64,000 bases of DNA from Magallana gigas (lineage: Eukaryota). The stretch covers positions 42,346,001-42,410,000 of the forward strand of contig NC_088855.1 in the NCBI RefSeq assembly GCF_963853765.1, given 5' to 3'. Positions 37,601 through 52,600 of the stretch are shown here, piece after piece. Numbering within the stretch: position 1 is the stretch's first letter; every line of letters starts with the position of its first letter. The notes beneath the pieces are model-generated. The model searched no databases. It was not told the origin of the DNA and saw nothing but the letters and a program-made list of their open reading frames with translations. The position numbers and the translations under genes were made by a program.

Positions 37601-40600
37601 GGTTACAGAGTGATGCATTCCTTCACAAGTTGACTCACTAATAGAATCTCCATAGAAATCAGATCAAAACAAACATCAATCTATAAACACGGTGCTATGA
37701 TTCTGTCTTGTTGTTTCTATAGTCTACAGATCAAAAGAAACCTGACTAATAAACTGACTACCTTAACACACAATTATTTGAATTTCTTTTTAAGTTTTAA
37801 AAATTGATTTTGTATTGGTAGTGTATCAGAAATCAGTTGTGGATTTAGGAATGGAAATCTGATTTTAGACAATAAATCTGTTTTTTTTCTCAAAACTTAT
37901 TTCAATGAAGTCATTTTTTGAAAAACAGTTTTTACAGGTCTCATCCATTATAAAAAAATTAAGACTAAGGGTATAAGAAATCCCCTGTGTGTTAACTAAT
38001 GTTTTTGTTTTCCTCATTATCATAAATTCCAATTGCATCACTCTAGTTCTGCGCATTTTTTAAAAGCTTCTACGCATTCCTCGCTGAACTCAGGTGAATG
38101 TGAGCAATACTTATCAGTCAGAACGCATATGTATCAAGATATTTTTAGCTCTCACGCCTTAATGAAAAGCCTTTTGTTTTCCTAACATGTGTCCACTGAC
38201 AGTGAGCCAAATTTTTAAGTACTGGCATTATGGTCTTTTGGCATCTGCTGGTGATTGGGTCTAGAATTAGTATTGATCAAAACCAGCTTTATTTATAGAA
38301 ATGAGGAATGTCTGGATGAAGAGATTGTAAACAGAGCCTCATTATCGAACTGTTTGCGTAACTTTCATTACTCAAGCATTCATTATCACATACACATACA
38401 CTAGCAGAATGCGATTCTGACCAAACGGAACTGGTTATTGATGAGAATAATTAAAATAACATTTTTCATGTTTGAAATTGGTGAAAAAAGAGTTTCAGTA
38501 TAGCATGGTCCATGCATTTTATCTATCGAATATAAAATCCATGTTCTGCTAAAATAATAAATTCATAGAATATTGATTTAATGAATGAAATGATTGGGAA
38601 TATACTGAATTCATTGCAGTGCCTAATCCTGAATACAGACAAAAGTCTCTAGAATGTTTATGCGCCTTTTGTTTGTCAACTATTTCCTTCAAAAGTAATC
38701 TCCACCCAACGCATGAATTTACATCATCATGGTCTTTAATCTATATGTTAAATTCTTAAGTCCCTTAATCTTTCAGGGAGATTAAGGACAACCTTACAAT
38801 CCAAAACTTAAAAACATCTCCCATTCTCCCATCGTAACCTCAACTTGAACTAACAGTGTAATCAAATTAATGAGATTAAGGGACGAAATTTATCAAACAC
38901 TAACGACAAAAACGAAAAACCAACTTGACAAAACCAATAAAATGTTCTTTAAAATGGCAGGTTTAGACACAATTAGAGAAAAAATGATAATTGTGAAATG
39001 CATCTACTTCACACCTGTTGAACTTTTGTCACGGTGATCTTTAAGACATTTCCCTATAATGCTCATCTAAATTACAAATGAGTTCTACTTGAAGATAGAT
39101 TTATTGCGTTTCCTTGAATTACAGAAAAGATGACTATATAAACTTACACCTGACACTTGGAAACAAAGGTGTACTCTTTTTTGGATTCCTCCTGAACTTT
39201 TGGTACATAAATTGGTATCTATTTACGGTAGTTCTTTTAGAGGTGAGAATGGGTATTACCCGGTACATGTTTTTCTGCATCCAGGTGACCTCTGTGTGGA
39301 ATTAAGGCTTCCAGCACAAAGAAGACAACCATAGATATTATTACAATGTTTTATGCTGTTATTTATAACCTTAATATCATGCATTGGTTTGTGTTACTGG
39401 CTTACTGCATGTACATCCAATAAACGGGACAATTGAATTGTGCAATATCTCTTCAATTACCTACTGGCAAAAGGAAATTAAATTATCACTTAAGGTGGCT
39501 CACTACACCTTGAAATATTTTCTCAAAGCAGCAGAAAATTACTTAATTAGATAGATATTATAATGGATAAGAACTATTTCAGTCCAATAGGCAAAAAAAA
39601 TGTGCAATTTTGGATGAAAAATTACATTTTTGAAAATGTTATTCAGTAAACATGAACAAAAGCTCCAGTCGGATTCGAACTCATGACCTGCGGTTTAGAA
39701 GGCCAATACTTTAACCACTGAGCTACAACGTTATACACCCCAAATGAACTATATAAAAGAGTTTAACAAAACATTTAAATCGCCATCTTGTGGCATAGTG
39801 TCTTAAAAAGTAAAAGTCTAGGTGTAGTGAGGTACCTTAAATTTTTTCAAATCAGAAAACTGCGGAGATCTGAATGTATGCTCATGTATTCCGATAGCAC
39901 GGTGTCTACCTCAATATATTGTGCCAGACCATTATTACCAGACATGAAAAGCTTCCAATTTATTGAATTTCTGAATGCAGATCAAGTTTGAATAAAGTAT
40001 TTTTCATAAACAAAACACAAGATCGCACAAGAACATTCTACAGTTATCTTGAGCAGATAGGAATTTTAACTACTGCTGTTTGTCTGAGTTTTATCTGATG
40101 GCTTCACACTGCATTGTTCTAAAGAGTGCATTTTGTATTGAGCATTTTATGACCTACTGAGCCAGTATTTTGATGATTTTGTAGATTAAGTCCAAAACAG
40201 TGAATAACAGGCATTGTTTTCATACAGTCATGTGTGTTTTGATTTGTTAAAATATATGCGCTAATTAATTTCTATAAAGCCATAAAGATTTAATGACTGA
40301 TGACAGCAATTTGCAACAAGTCGCAAGGCTCCAAAAATCATATTGATAACCTATTTTCATTGTATGGCCCTATATGCCACAGCTGCTAAGCAATTTATTC
40401 AGCTACTGAATTGTTCTTTGGAATGAAAGAATTTATTTAAAATGAAAAAACATATAAGAAAGCCCCCAAAAACAAACAGTCACAATAAAAAAATATATTG
40501 ATGCATTGTATGGGGAACTTGAGGGAAATTGCAAATAGTTAAGGAGGCAGGCAAGTGGAAATATTGAATTGGACGACTAAAATAAAGGGAAAAATCAGTT

Positions 40601-43600
40601 TAAAATAGAATGCCTTTCTAATTTTTATCACTGATTAAGGTAGTTGTATTCAACATAAATTAGTAAGAAAAATATGCATGTTTTAAAGCTATCTGAAATG
40701 TAATGGTATCTAATGTAAATTGGTTATTAATCTTTATGTATCCTTTTACATTATTTTAGTCAATCATAGGTAAATGTATATGTGTTTATATAATGCGTAA
40801 AACCTTATTAGCAATAGAAATAAGTAAACATCACATACACCCCTATTAATGTGACCCAACCTTAAGGTGACAAGAGTTGGATGCAATTCAAGAATTTCCA
40901 AAACCAATCCGACATTTACATTCAGACTATAATGCAAGATTTTGGCTTTAAACCAAAAATATTCCCAGGTAGTTATTGGTATTATCAATGGATCATGTTT
41001 ATATAAATGTTATGACGTAAAGTAGTCGGGTTTACACCAAGGGAAAAAATGATCATATGTCAGATGATGCTTAAATAAGAACGTAATAAATCAAAACGAT
41101 AAAGTATTTCTCCCTTTATTCTATAAAAAGCTTAATACAGTGATAACAACAAATCAAGTTGTTTTATTTTTCTTATAAGTTTTTTTGTGGGTGACTTCCA
41201 TTTCATATATTGATAGTCAAATTTCAGCAGCTAAAAATTATACATATATTCATAATTTCTTGGAAAAAAAACCTCACTCTCATACCATTAAGATGTAATT
41301 ACCAAGTTATCGGTAAGTAGACATAGATAAAAAGTCAATATTCAAATTTTCTTTATTGTCACATTTTAAAGTTAATGCGAGCAGGTGTTTAATAGATAAA
41401 ATTATCCTTAGAATCTATTTACCGGTATTTACAGAAAAAAGAACCTTAAACTTCAGAACTTACGAGAAAAAAAATGAAGTGAAAAAATAAATAAACATTG
41501 AACATATGTTGCCACAAATAGTGTCTCCTAATTTATAAATGTATTAAAAAAAACAAACAAAAGGGTCTTCCTTGTTTATTGTGTTAATACTGCCAATTTT
41601 TACAGAAGTAACTTCAAAATTTATGCAGCAGGAAATAAAGGAACCAATCAAAAGCAGATAGCAGGTGCCCTTGTTTTCCTTCAGTAGTTGGGATTGGTTA
41701 ACAGATGTTTACCTGGACACTCCATTGTTGTTAGTCTTCAGCAAGGGGTGGGGGGGGGGGGGTATTTTCTTTCCCTTTGTCCCAGGGTATTTCTTTGTGT
41801 ATTCTAATCACATTCCAGTTACTTAATGTATCAGGATACAAAACAGAATACTGTACTCAAATATTGTTGCTTTGGCATTTGCACATTTACGCAATCATAT
41901 TGAATGCGATGCCATTTTTATATTTTTATTTAATATTGGTAACTTGTTGAAAAGATCTCCCGGAACATACATTTTTGATCAATTTAAAAAATTCAGTCAC
42001 TCGATCCTTATACGAAAAGTGTTTTTTATAAATGTCCCATGGTACCAAATTTTAAATGCTTCGCCTTTTTGATAAAAAGGTTTTCCTGTTGAACTCATCC
42101 TACTACTCTTTTTAAATTGAATGCAATCAATTGGAATTTTTAACAGCTATAAAATATACACGTAATTACCTTAGTAACTGAACTTGAAATCTCAACTATT
42201 AACTGAGATACTGTAACTCGGTCATACATTTCAACCTGTACTGTGCTAAAATATTTAAAATGCCATAACTGTGGGAAAACACTCATTGAAGAAAATGATA
42301 CACCCCAAAAACGAGTTAGGTCACCAATTGTCCCTGCTTTAGACAGGATTTTTTACGGTTCTTAGTCAAGCACGGAAAAACATTTAAACTTCCTAGTCTG
42401 TGTTGTGTATCTAGTTGTGACTTAAAGCCCTGATTTTAAGGGCCCTCTGAATGCTGCACACTGAAGAATTCTAATTTAGCAGTGAGAGTGAGCTGGGTGG
42501 GAAAAATATCACCTATCCCAAGTTGAAAATTTATGAACAAAGTTGTTTGTAAATTTTTACGGCATATAATTTATGTCAAAAATCAATTTCATTTAAAATT
42601 GTAGTATATGTATATATATAGAGTCTATTTTGTACTGATAAACTGATAAGCAGTGTCAATGTCCTATGAAGTCATTCGAGGATGGAAATTGGTGCATGCT
42701 GGGGAATGTTTTTAAAATAAAAATACATGTATGTCACCAGTTCCATGCAGGTGCACAACATAAAACCCCAATGCACTGCATCACCTTACCCCTGCAGAGA
42801 GGGTTATCTATGATGCAGTAATAGATTTACTTACGTTTCTAGCTAAATTACTTAATTTAGCAAGGAAGCCTTAATATTATTTATTTGCATTGATACTGTA
42901 TAAAGATATAATTCAGGTTGTTCCATTCTTTGAAAGGTGAAACAAATATCTTATGATTCGAGATCTAGCAAAATTATTAGTAATTAAATTAGTTAAGAAG
43001 CTCTAGCGTTGATACAGTATACAGATATCATTGAAGCTGCATGAGTCCTTGAAAGGTGAATCAAATACAACAACCTGACATATTTCCGTAGACAGTCAAT
43101 AACAAACCTGATGTGTTTTTGTTTTGTTGTTTTGAAAACCAAAACCTTTTGTATGTAATTTAAATGCAATAAGAAAAACATCAAGCTACCTTGTTGCGAA
43201 AGAGTCTGGAATCATTTTATTAAATAACAGCATCATATCATTCAAGTTAAAGGCAAAACAAACAGATATTTTCTTAATAAATCTACATATGAATCATTGT
43301 TTGCTTACTTATTCCTGTATCATATGTAAAACATTGTATACACTGAAATTTTAGAGTCTGCATACGTTAAAACAATTATAAGATACATATGCATGTTTAT
43401 TGTAAATCTTCAGTGCCGAAAGGTTCAAACAAATGTATTATCTTTCCTTGATGTATACTTGTATATGCATTTATGATTTTTCACATTGAAGATATAATTT
43501 TAGGTATTTCTGCAACTTCAATATGTGTATTACTTTAAGAAAAAGTGATTTTCATGATTTTTTATCATAGCTGTGAAAATAACCTTTACATATTTTATTG

Positions 43601-46600
43601 TTGATTGTTTGCTGACAATATTTCTACTGTCTGATGAAAATGAACAAACATACCTCAAATGTTTTCAAAATGATTCTAGTAATCTTTTATTCTTCAATCA
43701 GAAAGTTTCAACTTGACTTTTTTCCAACTATAAAGGTCTGTCTCGAACCATGGCCACATGCAAAGAGAGCAAACGTCAACTTTTCAGCCAGACTGGTTTT
43801 TTAATTGGGGAGGGGGAGGGGGGAATTCGTTACAAATCCAGGCTATAGTTATATTCTTATAGGAAACTTAAAACTTTCTGGTTAATATTAAAGTAGTCCG
43901 AGTATCGCACTACGTCATAATACGGATTTTACAATATTGGTTCGACTTTTACAAAGCGTTTTTGATACCCGGTATTGATTTTGCTCTACATCGCTGTTGT
44001 AAACAATGGCAATAATAAGCAATTAGAACGGTGATATTTGTATTCTATGAGAGATAGAAATGATTAATGTTGAGAAACTCGACTCTGTTAAAGTAAAATG
44101 AAAAAATGAAGTTTCTGATTAACCAGGATCTCATGCAGGTAGGCTTATATCTTCTTTGTTTTGATCCCCCCCCCCCCCCCCCCCCCCCCGAATTTTTCTT
44201 TTTCTTTTACTAAAACCGGTTTAAATTTAGAGACAGAAGCTATTTCGAATTTAATCAATCGTCAATTAATTAATGTTTAAATGATATCTAACATTGTTGA
44301 CAGATTTAGGCAGAAAACTGTAGCAAAATGTGATTTTTACGGATTTTTTCGTCAGGGTCTACTTTGTTTAGAGCTTATAGCGTGAAAAGTAATCCGTCAA
44401 CATATAATTTATTTTACCAAATCTTTTTTCTAAGATGTCAATCTTTAGAATAAACACCATGAATCTAAGTTTGAGTCCATAAAATAGTAAAAAAAACTTA
44501 CCAAACGCGTACTAGCATTGCATTTTTTGTTTTCTATTTTGATACATCAGGTCCATAAAGCGTACTTACTTACAAAAATTTGCGCAAAATTATTGATGAG
44601 ATATGGCTTAAATAAACATTTATACTCTATTTTGTATGTTCAGTTCTAATTTTCCCAAAATTGGTAATTATTTTTAGGAAAAACGGACGTCTGGCAAAAT
44701 TCATAATTGTCAATAATTTTCGCAAGGGGGTACACCCATCTGAGAGGTGATAACAAACTAGCATGTAAACATACATATTTTCTTTTGTATATGTATTGCT
44801 AGAATGTATATTTATCATTTAAAGCTAAGCTTTTAATGATTGAGCCCATTTAGTGCCAAGTATAGGACTACCTTAAAGGAAAAGTTCGACTTAATAAACA
44901 CCTTAGGGAACAAAAATGAAAAAAAAAATCTTCTTCCTTCCAGAAAACATCTCCAAAGTTTAATATATACTGGTTTATTTTCCCCCCGTGTTATTTTCGC
45001 TCCTTTACACTTGCAAACCATTTCGCTCCACCTTGAATTTGCCCACACATAGTTGTACTAAAAGAGGTAATATGAGAAATTTAAATTCACTTTGTCTTAA
45101 ATTCACCTACTGACAATGAGGGCAAAAGGATCTAAAATATAATGGGGTAAATATATCCCTGTATTTGCCCCTATGTAGACTGAGTTTTAAAGAGGAGATA
45201 TCCATGCAAATAAAAGAAATTAGACTGTTAATTTACTACAATGTACTGGTTAATTAATATTCTTTTAATGGTGAATTTCACACAAACTTAAGTACTGTGA
45301 CTTGCGGTAAATTTCATGCCTATTGGTAAACCAGACATTTCTTTGACAAAAACTTTATCATAAATATTTATTGGCAAAAAGGATCATACTTCCAAGGAAA
45401 GATGTACCAAGTAGTAACTTTTGGAGAGTAAGCTTTCTGGCATATGCTCACACATCTCTTCACAAAAAAATCAATTTAATGCTGCATGTTTTATTAAACC
45501 CAGAGTAGAAGTTTTGCATCTGAATAGAAATAGTATGATCTACGTCATAAAGCCCATAAATGGGATGATCACTGCAGCAAATTCAGATCTGCTCTGCATG
45601 ATGACAATAAAACCATACAGTGTGCGTTAGAATGGCCAGCTGTTACAGCGTTGTAAGCTGAATGCAACACCTACGTACATATAACTACATAGAAATGATT
45701 TGACAGCAAAGAGTAATGAATAATCGACAACACATTGCCAGCATCTCTGTACATATAGCTTGGTGTACACTCTGTATTACATCCTGTCATATCAGCCAGA
45801 ATGGAAATAATAAAAACAGAACAAGAAAATAAACAGCAGAAAAATCCAACATCACTTTCCTTTCCATTGACTTGATTTTAAAAGACAAAGCAACATGTGT
45901 TAAGAAATTATTATGTGCATGTACCTAATTGTGCACAAACTAAACAAAATATCTGCTGTACCTATTTTCAACAATTGATTAATCCCAAACATGTCTGTTA
46001 ATTAATTAAATACCTTTATTACAATAAAATACATTTCCACCAAAACACTAGAATACATGAAATAACTTCTACCAGTATTTAAAAGAATAACCTGGTTTAC
46101 AAACATGTAAACATTGAAATGTTTCAGCAGGAATAGAAAAAAGATTTTCTAACTTGTCAACTGATTATCAATAATTTCTAATTAATATTTCATATTAATT
46201 ACAGTAGTTATGGTACCTTCACTCACACACAACAGTCTATCACTATAGCTAAAGGGCAATTGCAAGGAAGAGAGTTTGTACTTTAGTAGATAAAACAAAG
46301 TTCATCAGATTAAACTCAATTATAAAAATACAGCCTCGTATATAACAAGGAAAGCAGGGATGAAAATAAACTCCTTGCATTCTTTGCTTCAGGTCAATCT
46401 TTAAAAAAAAATTTCTCACAAGAAGTTGGTCTTCTATGCATGTATTTTTTTTTCTCTTTTAAACTTCAAACCAAATATTTTAGGATTATTTTCTCCCACA
46501 TATTTACTCATCGACTGAAAATAGAATTCATACAGCTTTAAGTCCCTGCCAATAATAATATTCTGACAAAATAACTACTAGGAATGTCTGGAACAGTCAG

Positions 46601-49600
46601 CCGGAGGTCCAAGGCCATGACCTACGCCAATTGACCAACATATTTTCCTCGCATGTCCTTGGAGGGTGGTAGGTGTTATTGTAGCTACAGGTAGGACTCC
46701 CACTACCAGATATATTTAGTATGGGCATTGAGTAATCTGATGCTCTAGGCAGCTGTGCTATTGGCTGCCAATCTCAGTGTTTGGCCACAGAGGGACAGAA
46801 CACTACATGTATATTCATCCCAACTTTTAACTCTACTCTCACTTAAATTCTGCTGACTGATTGCATGTGTTACAATCTTAATAGAAATTTCTTCAAAGTC
46901 ATTTTGAACTTTTTTCTATAATTATTAAGATGTCAGCACATTTACATTCCTAAGTTCACAGTGAAATTTGACAATGCAAAAATTCGGTCATTTTAGCAAG
47001 ATAAAAACCTTTCCTTGACCTTAGATATTGACAAAAAACAAAACAAATGTTTGCGATGCAGCAATCTTTGCACCCGGTCATTCTACATATTCACGTGGGG
47101 ATAACCTGCCCAAGTGCACATCTGATCATGTGATGCTAGCAAGCAATCACTTCACGTGAGTTCAATGGAGAAATAAATACTCTGCCTATTGACATGGTCC
47201 CATGGGTGTCATGTTACCATTATTATCATCCCGTGTCATGTTATGAACAGTTTTTAAAAATGTTTTTAAAAACTGCATTATACATGTATTACTAAAACTG
47301 GACAAAATCATGTGATCTTAAAGTTTCATCACTACCTTAACATGTGATGTTAACTTTAAAAAAAGAAATGACTTTCCATCAATGATGACATTGAGGCATG
47401 TATCCCCACTTATATGAGGATCTGTAAGACAATTATTGACGTCATATTTCATGCTGTAATAAATATCTCATCAACTTTCTGGACCCTCTCCAACTGAAGT
47501 GTGCATGTACTGGTGTATCGAAACAGAAAGTGAAATGTATAGTATAAGTACCTTTGGGTCTTTGAAAAAAATAATGAATTCACCAATCAAATATGCTTGC
47601 AAAAATGTTTGGAGGGACAGAATAAGCGTTAATGGTCCCAAAGCTTCAATCAAGAGTTGAATTTTAAAATAATTATGGGTACAACAATAAAAGAAAGACA
47701 ACTCTTGCTGTATTTTAGATTGTAGAACCACTGTAAAATCTTGCTGTGAAGCAACCAGTATTCTGACTTTGATCTTGTAAACAGACACTTGTAATATTTC
47801 ATCCTTTCCAGCAAATTCAAAATCAGACATTTCATGAAATCTCATGATTATGTCTACATGTATTAAGATATCTCTAAATTCAACCAGTGGAATTAATTTC
47901 ATACTGATATATTAATTTCACCATGTTGATTCCATGTCTAGATTTGGAGTCAGTCATTGCTGACAATCAGTAATGAGGAGATAAAAAGACAACAAAGTTC
48001 CATGACCAGGTACACCTCATAATAGAGTTCAGACCATTGGTACAATGTCTTACCTCCAAAATCAGTGGCAGAACAGGTATGTAAGTGTCAGTAGCTTTAG
48101 ACAGGCGATTCAAGGCCTGAACCAGGTGAAACCTCAGAGGATAGTACCTAGCTATAGGAATCAACCTACAAGAGAGAGAGCAGTGAATCTGTTGTATTCA
48201 TCAACCACAGAATTTCAACCTAAGTCACTGTTAGTTAATTTTGTTTGCATTTTTCTCCATCTTGTTTTACTGCTTTAAACCAACTTTTATTAGTGACAAC
48301 ATAATGTACACAGGGTTATTTTCACCCGGAGTTATTTTCCCCTTCTACACTTGCAAACAGTTTCGCCACATCTTAAATTTGTCCAGACTCGCTTGTGTAC
48401 TAAAGAAATAGCTTGGAACATTGGATTTCGGCCAGTCTTTAATTCGCCCACTGACAACGAGGGCGAAAGGGACGAAAACAATACAGGGGCAAATATTTCA
48501 CTGTATACAGTAGTTTTGCAATAAACCAGTGATAAAAATTGCTTTGCCAAGACTACCTGGTAGTTCTTTACTATCAAACCTATGTTTATAATCTTAAACA
48601 AAAGAATGGCTCATGGCAAGATAAATTTTCAATGACAATGCACAGTTCTCATAAACTTTTTAAAGTTATTTTTTAAGTCATCTACATGATGGTGATGATT
48701 TCAAATGTATACATATTGATGTAACAAATAGAATTTATTGTAACAAACAATTAAAAAGATACCTGCTATTCAAAAGTGATTACATAAATAATTTAGGACT
48801 TTTTATGTGATAAAGCAAACAATACGTTTCCCCGATTTTAACAAGGTGATGTTATTAAACTGTCAAAACATTGGTATTTAATCTTTGGTAAGAAAGCCGA
48901 TAATAACTGCCAAACATGACATTTATAAACTGTATCATTACTTATATGAAAAAACCCAGTAAGGACATATAGTGCATCTAGAGTTCACATTTAAGGTAAT
49001 GATCTATACTTTACAATACAATCAGCCTGTAGGTTATTATGCTTGCCTGTGCCCTATTGAATTGAGGCAGAGGCAATACCGTTTATCTATCAATTTTCGC
49101 GATGATCTAGTTTTTGCTTTCTTTGCGATCTATTTTAAATCGCAAATAATTGAATACACAGAAATTAAATACTGTATCATTTTCTATAACAAACTTTACA
49201 AATGGCAAAGAATGACTGACACAAATCAAAAATGTTACAGATTTTCCCTATTTTCGCAAATTTTTGACAAACGAAAAAAAACCGGATGTACGGTAGATTT
49301 TATTAAAAGAACCATGCTGACCTTGAAACCGAGTTATAACAAATCTACTTACTTGATTGTTCCCAAGATAGTCTGAGTGAGCGGATAAATCAAAGGTCGG
49401 AGAGCCTCACTGGGGTGACTGCTACTCAGTAATCGAACCCAGAACTCCAAGCACCGAACAAACTGCCAGTTGTACACCGCTTGACAATTCTCCTGGAAAT
49501 GAATTCAGTATTATGTTCAATTTAATATTTTCTAACCTTTTCAGTACAGTCATACTATATAATTCTATTACAAATACATGTTGGTATATATTCATTGATA

Positions 49601-52600
49601 TATATATCAAAAGTATTGGACAATTATGGAATTCAATGGTTGTAGACAATGAAGGATTGAAGATAAGAAAAAACGTTTAGCGTAGTGTAACCAGGCCTGT
49701 CTTTGAGTAAGCAAAACCTCTGTAACATTTCATTTGACATCATCTTTAAGGAAGGAGTCTTCTTGTTATTAAGCATAACTCTTATCACAACAAATTCATG
49801 AAATTTTGACACAGTAAAACAGATCATAAAACCAAATGATTCTATCAGTTTAATCAAATTTGACCCCCTTGTTTTCGCATAAAGGTCAGGTCAAGGTCAC
49901 TACCTTATTCTGCATGTTAGCTTCAAGCTGTATATTAACCTTGAGTTCTACTTTGAAGGACTCGGTAGTATGGTCAGTGATAAATACTACCGAGACATCA
50001 ACGTAAAAAAAAGAATCAAATGTGCCCATGCATTAACAGTCAAATTTCGAGGAAGATATAAACACGAAGACTTCATTCATCATTTTAGTCCAAGTAAGAT
50101 AAGAGAAAGCAATACAACCTATAAAATCTAATAAATCTGCCAAAAAATTCAACAATTAGGATCATATAAAAACCAAAATTTTGTGACAGAAAAAATAAAA
50201 TTAAAAACCCCAAATGAGTAAACTTTACCAATTGCATTTAAAGTAAAAACATTTTTACACTTCTATGAGATTAAAATGTTATAACCAGGAACATGTCATG
50301 AACACAATTTTCTATATACACTTTCTTCTCCTTCATGAGTTATCCTTTTTCATTTTATAATCAATCAAACCAGTATTTGTACTTGTAATTGCTCAATTAA
50401 GATTTTGATGAGCATATACTTTAATTGTACATTTACATGTACTAGTAAGAAATCAGGAACACCTTTTCCCTGTAAACAATATCAACACCATGTTAAATTG
50501 ATATGAAAGGGTCGGCCAATTCAATATTTTCAATGAGTGACTTGAGTCGAAGATGATAAAATGTGTTTATAATAAATTTGAGACATGGTCATGATTTGAA
50601 CTGAAAATTTTCAACATTTATTTGTTTTATTTATGAAGCGAGATACACTATTATGTAAACAAGGCTTGCGCAAAGATATAATTTATAACAAAATGAGGTG
50701 TGACAAATACTAGAAACTGTTTACTGTTGATTGTTTTCATGAATAACTTGCTAATGGAATAAATACTCTGAATTAAATGATTTTTTCCAATACACAACCT
50801 ATGTACCGGTAAACAAAAACAAGGTACAAACCTGTTTATAACAAAGAATTGTAATTTATATTTCTCTTTTTACTCGACACCCTCCTTCAGTTGGACAAGT
50901 CCATTACAAGAGAGTAAAATGTCCTTATTAGACTTAATTCATACACAAGAATTGTGGACATTTTATTTGATATAAAATGCATATATATATGCATCACTAA
51001 TAAACACACAATTTAATACAGTGGCAGTGCAATTTTCATCAAGAATCAAATTGGAAACAATTATCATATTACATTGTATGACACAAACTAGCATTCCCCA
51101 TGCTTCAATGCACTTCAATGCAATATCATCTTTATTTTATTCCATATCTGAATTAACTTTACCAAAAAAAAAGTTTCTTAATTTCATAGGCAACAAAAGT
51201 ATCATGTGGGTTTCTCCCTTCTTCCAATCCTCTAGATTTTATGTTTACACCTACTATTTTATATTTTTAGATATCTTCAAAATTCCTTTTTACCATCAAG
51301 AGTTTCTAAATCTATTATGGATATTATTGAAATATTTTTTATGGATTTTTATTTTCTCTGCACAAGTTTTTCACCTTCATAATCCTAGAAAATCAGCATC
51401 CCTGTAATTTTGCCATGTGACACTCACCTTCTTTTTGACAGTGATGGCGTTGCGTAGATGGATCGCCAACTGTCTGATGTAGATGAACGCATGTTGGTAG
51501 GCCTGGGTCAGGTCAATGGCGAAGATTTCGACCATGGACATCTGCATGAAGTTGATCAGAGGGATGGTGGTGGGGGAAGTGAACTTGGAGTTCTTCACAT
51601 ACGACATGTACATTGCCTGCAAATCAAGTCCACTGAATAATTTCAGATCACAATGTGAAATTCAATTACCTTGGTTATCACTTAATGTGCTGTTTTTTTT
51701 TACGAAAGATTTTTCTATCTGTTTTATTAATTAAATACTACAAAAAAACCTCTCTAACTTTTAATAAAATTTCTTCACAAAATTAAGTCTCTTCATACCT
51801 ATGGTAAAAACAATCCAAAGAGAGGGTTTTTAATGTAAACAACTTCTTACCATAATTTAACAACCTTGAAAATCTATGACAATTGCTAATTCTTTCTCAC
51901 AGCCAGCAAGGAAACAATTTCTAAGAAATGGAAAGATTATTTGGTAAAATTATTAAGACAGCCATTTCGTACCTTCATACAAGGTTCAAGCAGGCTTTTT
52001 TTGGAGATTAGCACCACCTTGTTCAGACACAGGAAGGCCAGGACTCGCGTGGTTTCCTCCCCTTTACTCCACATTGATATCATTTTCTAGAAATATCAGA
52101 TCAAATTTGAATTCTGTAAACATTTAATTTCTGTTTGTCAAGTCGTGTTTAAAGTTTTAAAAGTTAATATTTTGGATACAATGGGAACAGGAATTCATTA
52201 TGTTCTATTCTATAATATGAGCAAATCAAATAGATATTGGCTTCACAGTTGTCTTCATATCCTTTCCAATGATGAGTTTTGCCTTAATGGAAAGATCAGA
52301 TACGAAAGTATATATACATATATTAAAAGTGACATGAGATTAAGGTAGGTAGTCACCTTCATCATGAGTTTGACCAGTTTTGGGAAGACTGAGTAGAAAG
52401 CCACCAGTCTGTGTACATGTTTCAGAATCACATTCAACATGGTCGACTCTGTCATCTCACCCAATAACTGTAAAAAACAATCAGACATATATAACAAAAA
52501 TATCTCATTTCCAGTTCTGTAAATTATATTTTCAAAACAGATCAACACATCTCATGATCACTGGCGGATGTACGTTTTTTTCCCCCAATCTTTAATGAAT

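Noticed and set aside
39658-39730. Functional tRNA-Arg gene
   Set aside because: Acceptor and T stems cannot pair; it lies inside a MITE.
47471-47902. 143-aa minus-strand ORF just inside intron 11
   Set aside because: AT-rich hydrophobic composition typical of random ORFs, no recognisable motif, not in frame-contiguity with exon 11.
49961-50083. Possible C/D snoRNA in NOC2L intron 9 (ATGATGA...CTGA on the minus strand)
   Set aside because: The D box falls in the loop of an 11-bp hairpin (49961-49971/49984-49994) that sequesters the would-be guide; no rRNA complementarity recognised.
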